From positions 1-64,000 of the forward strand of contig CAXXFV010000010.1 of NCBI GenBank assembly GCA_963674595.2: a DNA stretch of 64,000 nt, written 5' to 3'. A model generated the notes under the pieces. That model did no database searches and was not told where the DNA came from. It saw nothing but the letters and a program-made list of their open reading frames with translations. Shown here piece by piece: positions 40,315-50,318 of the stretch. The stretch is from a bacterium (GTDB lineage Bacteria > Zhuqueibacterota > Zhuqueibacteria > Residuimicrobiales > Krinioviventaceae). Position 1 is the stretch's first letter, and the number at the start of each line of letters is the position of its first letter. A program made the position numbers and the translations under genes.

Positions 40315-40770
40315 TCAAAGTAAAATGTCGGCGTACCCTGAAGCCGGTACATCAACAGCCAGCACTTTACCGAATCCGCCAGTTGTGCCGTCATCAACCG
40401 CTTTCGCTGTTGAACCGTTGATAATGACCGTGTCACCAAGAGCAATGGTGCCGCTATAGGGTTTGTTTCGGATGCGTGTGGCCGGGTAACGGTTGCCGTT
40501 CTGATCGGCAAAGGTCTCCAGGTCAATGGTTAAATGATAGGTGTTGTAATTATCATTCTCATAGGCTACGATCTGACCGTCCGGTATAGCATCATTGGCT
40601 GCCAGTCCGACCGTGTAAGCGGCTGAGGTGTCTATGCTGACATGAGTGCCCTCAACCTTTGAACCTGCATTGATCAGAGAAGTAATATGTGTAATCAAAG
40701 CGGAGTTTGGTTTAAAACCGATTCGCAACGAGTGTCCCCGGTCACCACCTCCGTAACTTCTGCGTCCCAT
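40315..40770 (-). CDS. Putative head decoration protein
   Basis: Gly/Ala/Thr-rich protein between protease and capsid. Confidence 0.6.
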   Translation of the reverse strand: MGRRSYGGGDRGHSLRIGFKPNSALITHITSLINAGSKVEGTHVSIDTSAAYTVGLAANDAIPDGQIVAYENDNYNTYHLTIDLETFADQNGNRYPATRIRNKPYSGTIALGDTVIINGSTAKAVDDGTTGGFGKVLAVDVPASGYADILL

Positions 40771-40820
40771 TTAAATATCTCCTAAAAAATTAATCGTTAA
40801 TAAATTCTCACTTGGTCCGG

Positions 40821-42113
40821 TTATATGACCGGGGCCATATATCTGTCTATGGCTTCTTTTTTCGGCTCTTTTTCATCACCGTTCTTAGTATCGGTATTGT
40901 CCGGCAATTGACCCGAGTTCGGATGTTTTTCGTTAAAGACCTTTAAATAGTCGGTAATCCGGTCGTTCAGCTCATCGATGCTGAATTTCTGGAACATGGC
41001 TTTCCGCTCTTCCAGTTTATCATCCTCGATCATCCCGGACAACTTGCCGATCTTTAAAGCATCCTGTACTTTTTCAGCATGGTAATCTTCAGCTTGCTTT
41101 TTTAAAGTTTTAGTTTGTTCAACTGATATATTTTCATTGCCCAAAGCTTCTTTAAAAGCTTTCAGGTTATTTTCAACGGTTTCTTTGGCTGTTGCGGCAT
41201 CTGATACATCTTGAGAAAGATCAGATATTTTCTTCTCAACAGCCGTCTCAATTTCTTTTATTACACTTTCTATGTTTTCCTCGGACACTTGTTTTGCAAG
41301 GCCCAGTGATTTGATTTGAATCAGTGCCATTCTGGTCTCCTGTTTTATGTGTGAATCATGTCTGACATCCTGTATATCTTTCATAAAGGGCGAGTCGAAA
41401 ATCTCTTTTCGTTTATCTTCAGGTAACTGCCCTACAAATTTTAAAAATGAGGGGTCTGTCTTTTTAACGGCTTCAGCTCCATATTGTGCACCCAGGAATA
41501 CAAAAGACCCCTCTAACGCTTCTGCTTCCCATTCGTCCGTATTTTGATATTCGGCCCAGAGAAGCTTTTCGTTCATGTCGCGTATTGCCATGCGTGCCGG
41601 AGCATTAAAGCCGATGGAAACGTGTTTAATAATGCCTGCATCTATCTTGTCAATGTCCTCATGACTGGAAAGGAAATAACAGGTCGGTACGAGAAAATAT
41701 AAACCGCCATCCATTTCCTGAACTTTTTCCAGCATTTGTTTGAATTTCCTGTATGGAACATTGCCGACTAACGCCAGTACCTCGTCGACGGTCAATTTTT
41801 CCAAACGGGATTTATAAAAAGTACCTTCACCCGGAGGTCCCCACCAGTGGCCATAAAGAACCGATTTGCCGGAGATGGTATTGTTAAAACTCTTTAAAAC
41901 CGGAAGTGAAAACCGCTCACCATCCCGGTCACGAAAGTTATTGGCCAGCCACAGGTCATAGGTTTTAAAATTCTCTTTTTGCCACCGATCAGGATTGGGC
42001 ATGCCTTTTTTCATCAAATCAAAATCATTGTCAATCAACTCAACGGATTTGATGGATATGTCCCGCAGGACCTTTTCCAGTTTTTCACCTTCTTTAAAAT
42101 GTGTATCTTGCAT
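40821..42113 (-). CDS. Prohead protease fused to scaffold
   Basis: DRDGERF, GH.W, VSIGF, EGSFVFLGAQ; charged helical C-terminal half; internal RBS+ATG at 41330. Confidence 0.8.
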   Translation of the reverse strand: MQDTHFKEGEKLEKVLRDISIKSVELIDNDFDLMKKGMPNPDRWQKENFKTYDLWLANNFRDRDGERFSLPVLKSFNNTISGKSVLYGHWWGPPGEGTFYKSRLEKLTVDEVLALVGNVPYRKFKQMLEKVQEMDGGLYFLVPTCYFLSSHEDIDKIDAGIIKHVSIGFNAPARMAIRDMNEKLLWAEYQNTDEWEAEALEGSFVFLGAQYGAEAVKKTDPSFLKFVGQLPEDKRKEIFDSPFMKDIQDVRHDSHIKQETRMALIQIKSLGLAKQVSEENIESVIKEIETAVEKKISDLSQDVSDAATAKETVENNLKAFKEALGNENISVEQTKTLKKQAEDYHAEKVQDALKIGKLSGMIEDDKLEERKAMFQKFSIDELNDRITDYLKVFNEKHPNSGQLPDNTDTKNGDEKEPKKEAIDRYMAPVI

Positions 42114-42135
42114 AATGCCCTCAATACCTGATGAA

Positions 42136-42432
42136 TTATTTACCAAAAATGCTGTCAACAAAAGCATTCAACCGGCGCACCCATTTGACACGGGAATAGA
42201 CCAGACCATAAAGCCGGTGTAACGGACTCTTGTAATCGGGATGTGATCTGCCTTTGATGTGCTGGTAAAAATCATCGGCAAAAATAAACAAGCCGGCAGT
42301 TCCGATCAAAACCGGACAAAACCAGTGATCAGCAAACCAGATCATGACAAAACCGATATAAAGAATCAAAAGGCCCAAATACCCGTGATGAAAACCTTTC
42401 ATGGAATGATTGTAATGGTCTTTATCTGTCAT
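42136..42432 (-). CDS. Small His-rich membrane protein
   Basis: FHHGYLG, two TM segments, DD.YQH, SPLH. Confidence 0.7.
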   Translation of the reverse strand: MTDKDHYNHSMKGFHHGYLGLLILYIGFVMIWFADHWFCPVLIGTAGLFIFADDFYQHIKGRSHPDYKSPLHRLYGLVYSRVKWVRRLNAFVDSIFGK

Positions 42433-42711
42433 TTACTTTTTTCCCTGATATTTTTGGCCCTTAAAATGGGAATCCTGCGATTCACTTTCCCTGACATCTC
42501 CAATATTCCCGGTGAACTTGCCGCCAGCCGCTTTTGATTCTGGCCAGATATGCGTTTTTTGGCCAGATTCTTTATTTACTGATTTTTCAGTGTTTAAATC
42601 GTTCTCTGCTTTTTTTCTTTGCTTTTGAAGCTGTTTGAAAATCTTTTGCGGATCATCACGTCTCCCGTATACAAAAGAGATCCCGGTTTCTTTATCGTAA
42701 TATGTCGGCAT
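42433..42711 (-). CDS. Hypothetical basic protein
   Basis: Packed between neighbours; RBS GGAG. Confidence 0.6.
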   Translation of the reverse strand: MPTYYDKETGISFVYGRRDDPQKIFKQLQKQRKKAENDLNTEKSVNKESGQKTHIWPESKAAGGKFTGNIGDVRESESQDSHFKGQKYQGKK

Positions 42712-42737
42712 ATCTAAACTCCATATTTAAATTATTT

Positions 42738-43127
42738 CTATTTGGCCAGTTCCGCCTTGATCTCATCCAAAGCTTTAAAAATACTTTCCAGTTGATTGTT
42801 AATGACCGGTATGGACTCGATCACGGTATCATGTTTTTCAAGCTCTTTCATCAAACTCTGAAAACGGTTGTCCGTGATCTTTTGCCTCAATTCAAGCTTG
42901 GTTGACTTTATGTGTAAATTCTGAATCTTATCCTTGTTCTCATCAACGTCTTTTCTCAATGAAGCCTGGTCGGCAACGATGGTGTTGTGAAGTGTGCATG
43001 GATCACCTGGTTTTTGCCCTTTTTGATTGAGAAAAATATCTGAAAAAACCTTGATCGCATACAAAACCACAAGCGCTCCAATCAAAAAGCCATTACCACC
43101 GGAAGCAATTTTCAACAGTTCATCCAT
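42738..43127 (-). CDS. Single-TM coiled-coil protein (holin/XhlA-like architecture)
   Basis: N-terminal TM helix then coiled coil. Confidence 0.6.
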   Translation of the reverse strand: MDELLKIASGGNGFLIGALVVLYAIKVFSDIFLNQKGQKPGDPCTLHNTIVADQASLRKDVDENKDKIQNLHIKSTKLELRQKITDNRFQSLMKELEKHDTVIESIPVINNQLESIFKALDEIKAELAK

Positions 43128-44230
43128 CAGGCAGCCCGCCTCAGGTTTTCCCGGATTCGTAAAACATCATCAGCCGTATATCGTTGTTCATAGGGGCTCG
43201 GTTCTGCCCAGGCTGGTTGAACAGGTTTTTCCGTATTGAATTTCGGTACCCTGACACACAGACAATGAGGGTGTGTACTGGAAACCGGTTGTGGTCCTTC
43301 ACCCAGTATCCACACATGACCATTTAAAGCGGAACATATCGGACAGGCATTCGCCGCAGAACTCCATTGTTCATATCGAACACCCGATGCTCTGCTCTGA
43401 ATATCAAAAGCTGAATTCATGGACAAGACACTCTCGGACCGGGAGAACCTGAGCCAGTACCAGGATTGCCCTTCACCGACAGCCTTATGTAAAAACCGAC
43501 CGGCCCTTAGGGAACTGACGCCCTCTTTTGTCATGGTGCGCAGTTCTTTTAAAACCTCATCAAGATAAGGCCCGCTTAAACGGTCAAAAACTCGTTTTTC
43601 CAGTCGTTTGTAAAATCCCTGGGAATACATATCATCAAAAGAGGGTACGATTTTATATTTTGCAAAATCCTCAGGATCAACAGCATCCGGCAGTTCATCC
43701 AGAATATCAGACCAGGTTTTGTCCATGCCGATGTTAAAAGACTGGTAAGCAAAGGTTGAACAGATCGCTACATCTTCCGGACTGGCCTCTTTGATGGAAG
43801 CTTCACCACCGATCAGGTCTTTTTTCCATTCGCCTAAAATTCTTTTATATCCCTTAACCTTTGCCGGGGTCAGTTCAAAGGGTCTGCCCGCAATAACCTC
43901 TTCACCCTGCAAAGACCGTCGAATTTCTTCTATATCCGGTAATCCGAACAGTTCAATTATATCTTTTTCGTATTCAGTCGTTTTATGAATCAGGTTGGTG
44001 AAAAAGTCTTTCTGGACCGTCCGCATGGATCGCAAGCGATGTTCACGGGCAGAAAGATCAAGTTCAATCAGGGATGGTGTTTCAACTTTTACAGCCGGAT
44101 AATAGCCGAAACAACTGGAACACTCTTTTTCAGGGGGAACGGTACCAAGTAATAAGGAACGGGCGTGGTAATCGCTTTCGATTTTAAAATCTTTTAAAGA
44201 GATAATATTACTGACACCGGAATAGGCCAT
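43127..44230 (-). CDS. Head morphogenesis/minor capsid protein (SPP1 gp7 / Mu gpF family)
   Basis: RSES, W....ACPIC..LNG, HPHCLC; directly after portal. Confidence 0.85.
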   Translation of the reverse strand: MAYSGVSNIISLKDFKIESDYHARSLLLGTVPPEKECSSCFGYYPAVKVETPSLIELDLSAREHRLRSMRTVQKDFFTNLIHKTTEYEKDIIELFGLPDIEEIRRSLQGEEVIAGRPFELTPAKVKGYKRILGEWKKDLIGGEASIKEASPEDVAICSTFAYQSFNIGMDKTWSDILDELPDAVDPEDFAKYKIVPSFDDMYSQGFYKRLEKRVFDRLSGPYLDEVLKELRTMTKEGVSSLRAGRFLHKAVGEGQSWYWLRFSRSESVLSMNSAFDIQSRASGVRYEQWSSAANACPICSALNGHVWILGEGPQPVSSTHPHCLCVRVPKFNTEKPVQPAWAEPSPYEQRYTADDVLRIRENLRRAA

Positions 44231-45634
44231 CTATAAACCCCTCGTATCTATATCAGCATAAGAAACAGATACTTTTTCACCCAACAGGAAATCGATGGAT
44301 TGTTTGGCCAGATGTCGCTTTTTCCGGTTGACGAAATTTTGAGCTACCCGTTTAATAGAGGCATCTTTATTGATCTTGGATACAAATCCCAAACCAGCCA
44401 CATATTCAACAGCTTCCTGTTCTTCCATCAGTTCATGGTCCAGTAGCCATTCCAGGGCCTTTAATTCCTTTTCCAATGCAGAAGCATTTAAGTGTCTGGC
44501 TCGTGCCATTTCGGTCTCATCAAACAGTCCCACCGGGTTCCATTCATGGTACCATTTTGCACCGGTATACCCCTCAAACATTAAAAAGGTGTTGGTGACT
44601 TTTTCTATGACAGAATCAACAGAATCCCGTCTCTCTTCAATACTGGAAATCAAAAGGTCTTTCTGGTCTTCACTCATTTTGAAATTAGAGTTCCAGTTGT
44701 ACAATCCGAAACTAAAAGGAGGTAATTCTGTCCGGGCGATGATCTGCTCTATAATGATCCTGGAAGGGATTTCCATATCCATTAATTGAGCACCTTCACC
44801 CAAAACTTTAACACTCACTTTGGATTCACTGGGAACAGCTCCGCCAATATCCCGGACCTGACCGCGTTTGCGGTCTTTGTTCACATCTTCCAATTGGGTC
44901 AACAGCTTATCAGCAGAATCTTTCAGGTCAGTATAATTTGTACCTCTCCCTCCTTCAATCAGTAATACAAAAGTCGGATCACCGATCCTGACAACAGCGT
45001 TCTTGATGGATTGCTGTATTCTTAACAGTATCTCGGCAACAAAAGGCATGGAATTAAACAGACTCACACCCTGAGGATGGCCGTCTCTTAAATCAAATGT
45101 CAAATACTGAACAAATTCCGGGTGTTCTAATATAACAGGTTTTGCAGCATCATGAGGTAAGGAAGCCAGCCATAGTCTACCGTCTTTCCGGATAAAACGA
45201 ACCTTGGAAGCATCACCGACTTTTAACCGGTCCACACCATTCAAACCGGCAAAAGGAACGGTCTCAAAGACACCATAACCATTGGCCAGAGCAGAATCAT
45301 AGACTTGTTGTAAACACCCATGTAATCCCTTGTGAAAATATCCGACCCTGATCTCTTTTTTGAAGTTGTTCAAGGCTTTTAAGACATTCGGATTATCGCA
45401 ACGGTATTCAAAATCACCGATCAGTCTCCGGAGCTTTAATACAGCTACATCTAAAATCGGGATGGCTTCACGAAGAATATTATAAATCTTTAGATTGTAC
45501 CTTAACGGCTCATATCCGTTTAAATATGTCTGAAATGGGCTGTCACTTGCAGAATAAAGCTGGGATTTAACAATAACGTTGTTGGATTGTTTCGGTGGGA
45601 AATATTTATTAAGATTGAATTTTGGAAGGTTCAT
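44231..45634 (-). CDS. Portal protein
   Basis: 467 aa; LREAIPILD.A..KL, P.GVSL; upstream of the gpF-like gene. Confidence 0.85.
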   Translation of the reverse strand: MNLPKFNLNKYFPPKQSNNVIVKSQLYSASDSPFQTYLNGYEPLRYNLKIYNILREAIPILDVAVLKLRRLIGDFEYRCDNPNVLKALNNFKKEIRVGYFHKGLHGCLQQVYDSALANGYGVFETVPFAGLNGVDRLKVGDASKVRFIRKDGRLWLASLPHDAAKPVILEHPEFVQYLTFDLRDGHPQGVSLFNSMPFVAEILLRIQQSIKNAVVRIGDPTFVLLIEGGRGTNYTDLKDSADKLLTQLEDVNKDRKRGQVRDIGGAVPSESKVSVKVLGEGAQLMDMEIPSRIIIEQIIARTELPPFSFGLYNWNSNFKMSEDQKDLLISSIEERRDSVDSVIEKVTNTFLMFEGYTGAKWYHEWNPVGLFDETEMARARHLNASALEKELKALEWLLDHELMEEQEAVEYVAGLGFVSKINKDASIKRVAQNFVNRKKRHLAKQSIDFLLGEKVSVSYADIDTRGL

Positions 45635-45643
45635 TAACTGCCC

Positions 45644-45680
45644 ATATATAGAACGTACTCAAACAACACGTTCTATATAT
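45644..45680. repeat. 13-bp perfect inverted repeat just upstream of the portal start
   Basis: ATATATAGAACGT (45644-56) / ACGTTCTATATAT (45668-80). Confidence 0.8.
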
Positions 45681-45767
45681 AGCAGAATAGGGGTAATTAA
45701 TCAATATTTTGTGGGTAATTAACCCATAGCTAGTGATAAGGCAGTTTCTCTTGGATGGAATTGCAAT

Positions 45768-45890
45768 AAAAAAACGGACCCATGAGAGACAATGCACTAT
45801 GGAAGGTAGGTTCGGGATACTCCCTAGTCTTCGGTTAGTACAATGCAGTCATGTAGTCCGTTAATTCATAATCCCTCTCTGGTGATTAAG
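45768..45890 (-). ncRNA. Candidate structured sRNA/attenuator upstream of the portal operon
   Basis: Nested stems AACGGAC/GTCCGTT, CATGA/TCATG, TGCATTGT/ATAGTGCA, TAGG/CCTA, ending in T7; preceded by RBS + ATG AAT TAA. Confidence 0.55.
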
Positions 45891-45898
45891 TTAATTAA

Positions 45899-45927
45899 AT
45901 AATACAAACTTTATTAAACCCGTGCAA
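45899..45927 (-). promoter_or_regulatory. sigma70 promoter TTGCAC-N17-TATTAT
   Basis: Read directly; upstream AAATTCTTTA.AA block shared with the promoters at 20030 and 52128. Confidence 0.65.
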
Positions 45928-46038
45928 GCAGATTTTAAAGAATTTATCAAAGTATATTCGATTCAGACTATTATAAATGTATCACCTTTATAAAAATTCT
46001 TAATATCCTGGTATGTGAATTGTTTATACAACAAAATA

Positions 46039-46494
46039 TTAAGTTATCATTAATGATTTATCATCAATAATTAATTTACCATTTTTACATGCTGGACAAT
46101 TAAATTTTTCAATGTATCCCGGATAATAAATCATTTCATTCTTGCAGGTTGGACATTTGATAGCAGAGAAACTAAAACATTCAGTAGGTAATTTTGTCTT
46201 TTCAGGATTATCTTTTTTATAATCTTTGTAATTTTCTCGATATTCTTTTTTAATATTTTCCAAATTCATTTCCCATGGATTATAATTCGCTTCAATAAAC
46301 TCGACAATTATCAACTTTTTGTATTCAACACAATGCGGACAATAAGCATTTATATACAATCCATCTGCTTTCTGATTACCAACCGGATGTGGTAAAGCTA
46401 TCATATTACCAAATTGGAATTTGAATTCATGGGGACCAGAGACGGAAATTTTAAAATTGCAGTCGACACAGATGAAGCTTATGTAAGTTGCCAT
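46039..46494 (-). CDS. Multi-CxxC zinc-binding hypothetical protein (accessory)
   Basis: Four CxxC pairs; AT-rich. Confidence 0.7.
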   Translation of the reverse strand: MATYISFICVDCNFKISVSGPHEFKFQFGNMIALPHPVGNQKADGLYINAYCPHCVEYKKLIIVEFIEANYNPWEMNLENIKKEYRENYKDYKKDNPEKTKLPTECFSFSAIKCPTCKNEMIYYPGYIEKFNCPACKNGKLIIDDKSLMIT

Positions 46495-46893
46495 ATTTTA
46501 TCCTATCTTTTCAAATGTTTTCATTGACAGTATAAAAAGGTTAATTGAAAGGAGGATAAATAAATACCCAAATATAAATAAAAAAATCTTCTCAATTTAT
46601 AACGAGGTGCATAATGCTTTTCACCAAATAGACACAATGCCATTCCAGTTAACTTGAATGTTTTCTTAAACCAATTCCAACAATTAGGAGTATTGCACCT
46701 AATAAAATTTTTAACACGTTAATTAGTACTTCCATTACTTTATAATTCCAAATCTAAATAATTTTATTTACTATACAAATTCTGCAATATTGATTAAGGT
46801 CAAAAGTAGTGTAAAAATCTAAAGTCTTAAAACACAATAAGGTTTTACGAATATGAATTAACATGCATGAAATGGTATTTTGCTTCATTAACT

Positions 46894-47157
46894 TTAATCA
46901 TTGTTTTCTTCATCTTCATCCAGTACATGCCTTCTAAAAATGCTAACAGAATCTTGAGAATCTATATTGGGATCATTAACTAATTTATCAATTTCTGAAT
47001 CAGAAGCTTTTAAACCTACCTTGAAAGAAATAGTAGACCAAATTAATAATAAAACACATATTGTCTTTGCAACAATATTGTCAAATATTAATAAAATTTA
47101 AGTAGCAATTAAAACTTTAATTATTCCTACAGCTATTGGCACATATCTTGGTTTCAT
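46894..47157 (-). pseudogene. Small two-TM membrane protein gene with in-frame TAA at codon 20
   Basis: MKPRYVPIAVGIIKVLIAT*ILLIFDNIVAKTICVLLLIWSTISFKVGL...; frame continues to TAA at 46894. Confidence 0.5.
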
Positions 47158-47297
47158 TTTATATACAATCCTTTGGTTAAAGATAAATTATCTTGAGAAA
47201 TCAAGTTTTATTGATTCCTATATTATTTTACATAAAGCCATATAATAACAAGCTATTTCATCAAATGATTCGAATAATAATAATTTCATAAAATATA

Positions 47298-47738
47298 TTA
47301 CGTGGAGAATTGTGTTGCAATTTCAGAAGAATAGCTAGCTATCTTAGTCCAGTAAACAATCCAGCAGATTAATCCAATTATAAATATAACAGTACCAATT
47401 GTTGGGATAATACTGCACAAACCTAAAACACACCACGCTATGCCAAGTGATTTTCCTGGATTTGGTTCTTTTATAATGTTTCTACGCTTAAATTCGTTAT
47501 CTAAGGAAGTAGCAATTCTTGAGACAACTATAAACTGCCAGATAAGATTGAAAAACGGAATCAACATTAACCATACCTGGCTTGGATTCATAGCTCGACT
47601 CAATGGATCACATCTCTCGAGGCATTTCTGCAAAGTTAGTAGAAAAAAAATTAATGGTATTAAACTAATTAGTAGAAAAAATATAATAATTAATTCAGGT
47701 CCACTTGGGGACATCATTGCGAAGATAGATGCTATCAT
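47298..47738 (-). CDS. DUF4328-like membrane protein
   Basis: R.MNP.QVWL.LIPFFNLIWQF motif; RBS GGAG. Confidence 0.7.
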   Translation of the reverse strand: MIASIFAMMSPSGPELIIIFFLLISLIPLIFFLLTLQKCLERCDPLSRAMNPSQVWLMLIPFFNLIWQFIVVSRIATSLDNEFKRRNIIKEPNPGKSLGIAWCVLGLCSIIPTIGTVIFIIGLICWIVYWTKIASYSSEIATQFST

Positions 47739-47874
47739 TTATATTCTCCTTTTTTTGAAAATTATAATTGCCAATTAATTTCATTTCCAGCGAATTTCTA
47801 TATTTTTTGATTTAGTAAATCACTTTGCTAAGCGGTCAAAAAAAACATAACGTTTCATTGCTTTTTCCTTATTG

Positions 47875-47997
47875 ATCATACAAAGGTGCAGTAGAACCGC
47901 ACCGTACAACTTGAGAAGTAAGCAAAATTAGATGCTGACATTAAAATTTCTTGATTTCATCGTCCGCCCTGCGGTCAGCTGCATTAAAAGTTAGCAC
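47875..47997 (-). repeat. attC site with degenerate 3' core
   Basis: GTGCTAAC..TGCAGCTGACCGCA...TGCGGTTCTACTGCA..GTATGAT; the inverse core is the exact complement of GTTAGCAC (48945-48938) upstream of the same gene. Confidence 0.7.
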
Positions 47998-48043
47998 AAT
48001 ATACTATAGTTAATGTTTTATTATTATATTAAAAAACTATATA

Positions 48044-48928
48044 TTAAACAGGATCTTGCTTTTCCCAATACTTGCAGGATTGAGGAAACAAAGACCGCTT
48101 AATAATTTGAGTTGAAAATTGTTTTTCCCAAACGGCTTTAGTTTTTTTATGAATTTTGCAAGGGATATATTCAATAAAAAGCATGACTGGGTACATCCAT
48201 AATTCACTTTCATACTTTTCAATTTTACGATAATGTTTGCAAGTCTTACACCACATTAACTTGTCTAAATCCGTTTGATGTGCAAGGCCGGGATTATAGT
48301 CAGCTCCAATAATATTACCAAGCTTTTGCATCGATTTAATATACTCTTTTGCATCATTAAATTTTTGATTTATCTCGATTGAACTGTAAGTCTCTTCAGT
48401 GTTTACTCTACTAACACTATTCTCATTTTTTATTTTCAACAAAAAATAAGCGGCTAATATCAATCCAATTACAATGAATATGCTTAATATTGCTGCTCTA
48501 AAATTATATTTGCTTGCCGAATTATTTATTTGATTTAATTCATTCTTTGCTTCTTTTAATAGTTTTCGATGATTTGCTAAGCTTTGCGAGTACAAATTCA
48601 AAACATCTTTTTCAGCTTGTTTTTCAGCTTCGCAAATTTCAAAAGCTAATTTTCTTGATGAGTCCGGTGAAATTCCTTGCTTCGAAAATTCAAAAGTCAT
48701 TTCCTTTATTTTTCTATTATAATCTTTTGTTGCTATCTTCATATTAAAATCGTCTATAGATTTTTCGAAATAATTAATATTTTTACTCAATGCTTCAACT
48801 CTTTCAGACCAATATTTTTTGGGATTAATTGATTTTTTTATAAAATCATCAGGGACAAATAAATTATACACAATAATTAATATTATTGAACTTATAATTA
48901 TATGTTTTAACGATATTTTTATTTTCAT
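48044..48928 (-). CDS. Two-TM coiled-coil protein with C-terminal Cys cluster, gene cassette
   Basis: TM - coiled coil - TM - WCKTCKHY...PC...CKYW. Confidence 0.7.
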   Translation of the reverse strand: MKIKISLKHIIISSIILIIVYNLFVPDDFIKKSINPKKYWSERVEALSKNINYFEKSIDDFNMKIATKDYNRKIKEMTFEFSKQGISPDSSRKLAFEICEAEKQAEKDVLNLYSQSLANHRKLLKEAKNELNQINNSASKYNFRAAILSIFIVIGLILAAYFLLKIKNENSVSRVNTEETYSSIEINQKFNDAKEYIKSMQKLGNIIGADYNPGLAHQTDLDKLMWCKTCKHYRKIEKYESELWMYPVMLFIEYIPCKIHKKTKAVWEKQFSTQIIKRSLFPQSCKYWEKQDPV

Positions 48929-49094
48929 ATTAATTCCGTGCTAACATAGTTTTAATATATTCAGACAGTCATATTTACAGTGAAAACATTTAGTTTCATG
49001 GTGTAGTTTTACTGCATTTTTTAATTGTATTTTTATTTAGATTTAAGAATGGGGCGGTAGAACTGGCACCCTATTTCTGAGCAAAAAATATTAT

Positions 49095-49700
49095 TCATTT
49101 CAATGAACTTCTTGATGAAATTACCTCAATACGTTTATAATATTCTTCTTCTGTCTTTAATGATAGCAACAGAAATACAAAGAAACCTAAAAAATTAATA
49201 GCAAAAACAATAACAACCTGATAACAACATTTGTTAAATATCAAATAAATCAAATTAATTAAAAACATTAAAAAATTTGCACCGCTTAAATTCCATCGCA
49301 TATGATTTAAAATATTATAGCGTTCAATATACTCGTAATATGCATTCGTATTTTCATTAAATATAGCAACTTCTTTATTTAAAATATCTTCTATTTTATT
49401 ATCAATTGAATATTTCAGTATTTTTTTAATTTTGCTTTCAACTTTTGTTTTTTCAAAAACAACATACATTAATGCGTATGTCAAATGACCAAATGTATAT
49501 GAAAATAGTAAAAGTATAATAAAAAGATATGGAAATTCTTTCCAATAATTAAATATAGATTGTTCATAGTAAAAATAATCGATGAAAAATAACTCAAACA
49601 GGATAAGGGAGCCGCTTAAAATATAAACTTGTATTTCACGAGCTATATGTTTGAATGCCTTTATTAGTTGTTCCGTGATATTTGTCATTGCTTCTTCCAA
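49095..49700 (-). CDS. Four-TM hypothetical protein (accessory)
   Basis: Hydrophobic pattern; SY..GH motif; preceded by GTTGGGT core-like heptamer. Confidence 0.7.
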   Translation of the reverse strand: MEEAMTNITEQLIKAFKHIAREIQVYILSGSLILFELFFIDYFYYEQSIFNYWKEFPYLFIILLLFSYTFGHLTYALMYVVFEKTKVESKIKKILKYSIDNKIEDILNKEVAIFNENTNAYYEYIERYNILNHMRWNLSGANFLMFLINLIYLIFNKCCYQVVIVFAINFLGFFVFLLLSLKTEEEYYKRIEVISSRSSLK

Positions 49701-49791
49701 TTCACTCTAGGTTGATTTATATTTTTGAACCCAACATTGTCACCAGGGTTTTGTTAAATGGTGGTTTATAAACACATATCAAGCCTACTAT

Positions 49792-50070
49792 TTACCTACT
49801 TTTATCTTTTAAAATTACGACCAATCCAATTGTAATAAGGCATATTGAAATAAGTTGAGCATAAAAAGTTGGAGTATGCAAAAAAACAATATTTGTAACT
49901 CCACTTGCTGTGCTTTTAACTTTGAAGATAGCAAATGGTTTGTACCCCATAGGTACATTTTTATCACCATAATCTACATAACATGGTGGCACCAAAAATG
50001 AGAGTATAATCAGTAGTATGCCCATGAGAATTACTATCTTCTGTTTGGAATTCAAATTCATATGTTTCAC
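49792..50070 (-). CDS. Small two-TM hypothetical protein
   Basis: LNSKQK...PP...GY pattern. Confidence 0.65.
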   Translation of the reverse strand: MKHMNLNSKQKIVILMGILLIILSFLVPPCYVDYGDKNVPMGYKPFAIFKVKSTASGVTNIVFLHTPTFYAQLISICLITIGLVVILKDKSR

Positions 50071-50190
50071 CTTTTTAAATACCTGCTTACATAGTTCATT
50101 ATATTTATATATCCGTATTTACTGTGGCGAGATATTGTCATTTGTTCCAAAAGTAAATCGCTTCCACCTCAATTATATCTTATTGAAGTG

Positions 50191-50314
50191 GTCTAACATT
50201 TGGCATAATCGGTCGCTAACAAACCGATATTTTATTTGTATTTTGTTTTTTACCAACTTTTAAACTGCTCAAAATGGACCGCTGAAGCGGTCCGCGTTCA
50301 GCCCGTTGTTAGCC
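50191..50314 (-). repeat. attC site (124 bp)
   Basis: GGCTAAC AACGG GCTGAAC GCGGACCGCT...AGCGACCGA TTATGC CAAAT GTTAGAC; begins 4 nt after the stop of 50319..51281. Confidence 0.8.
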
Positions 50315-50318
50315 ACTA

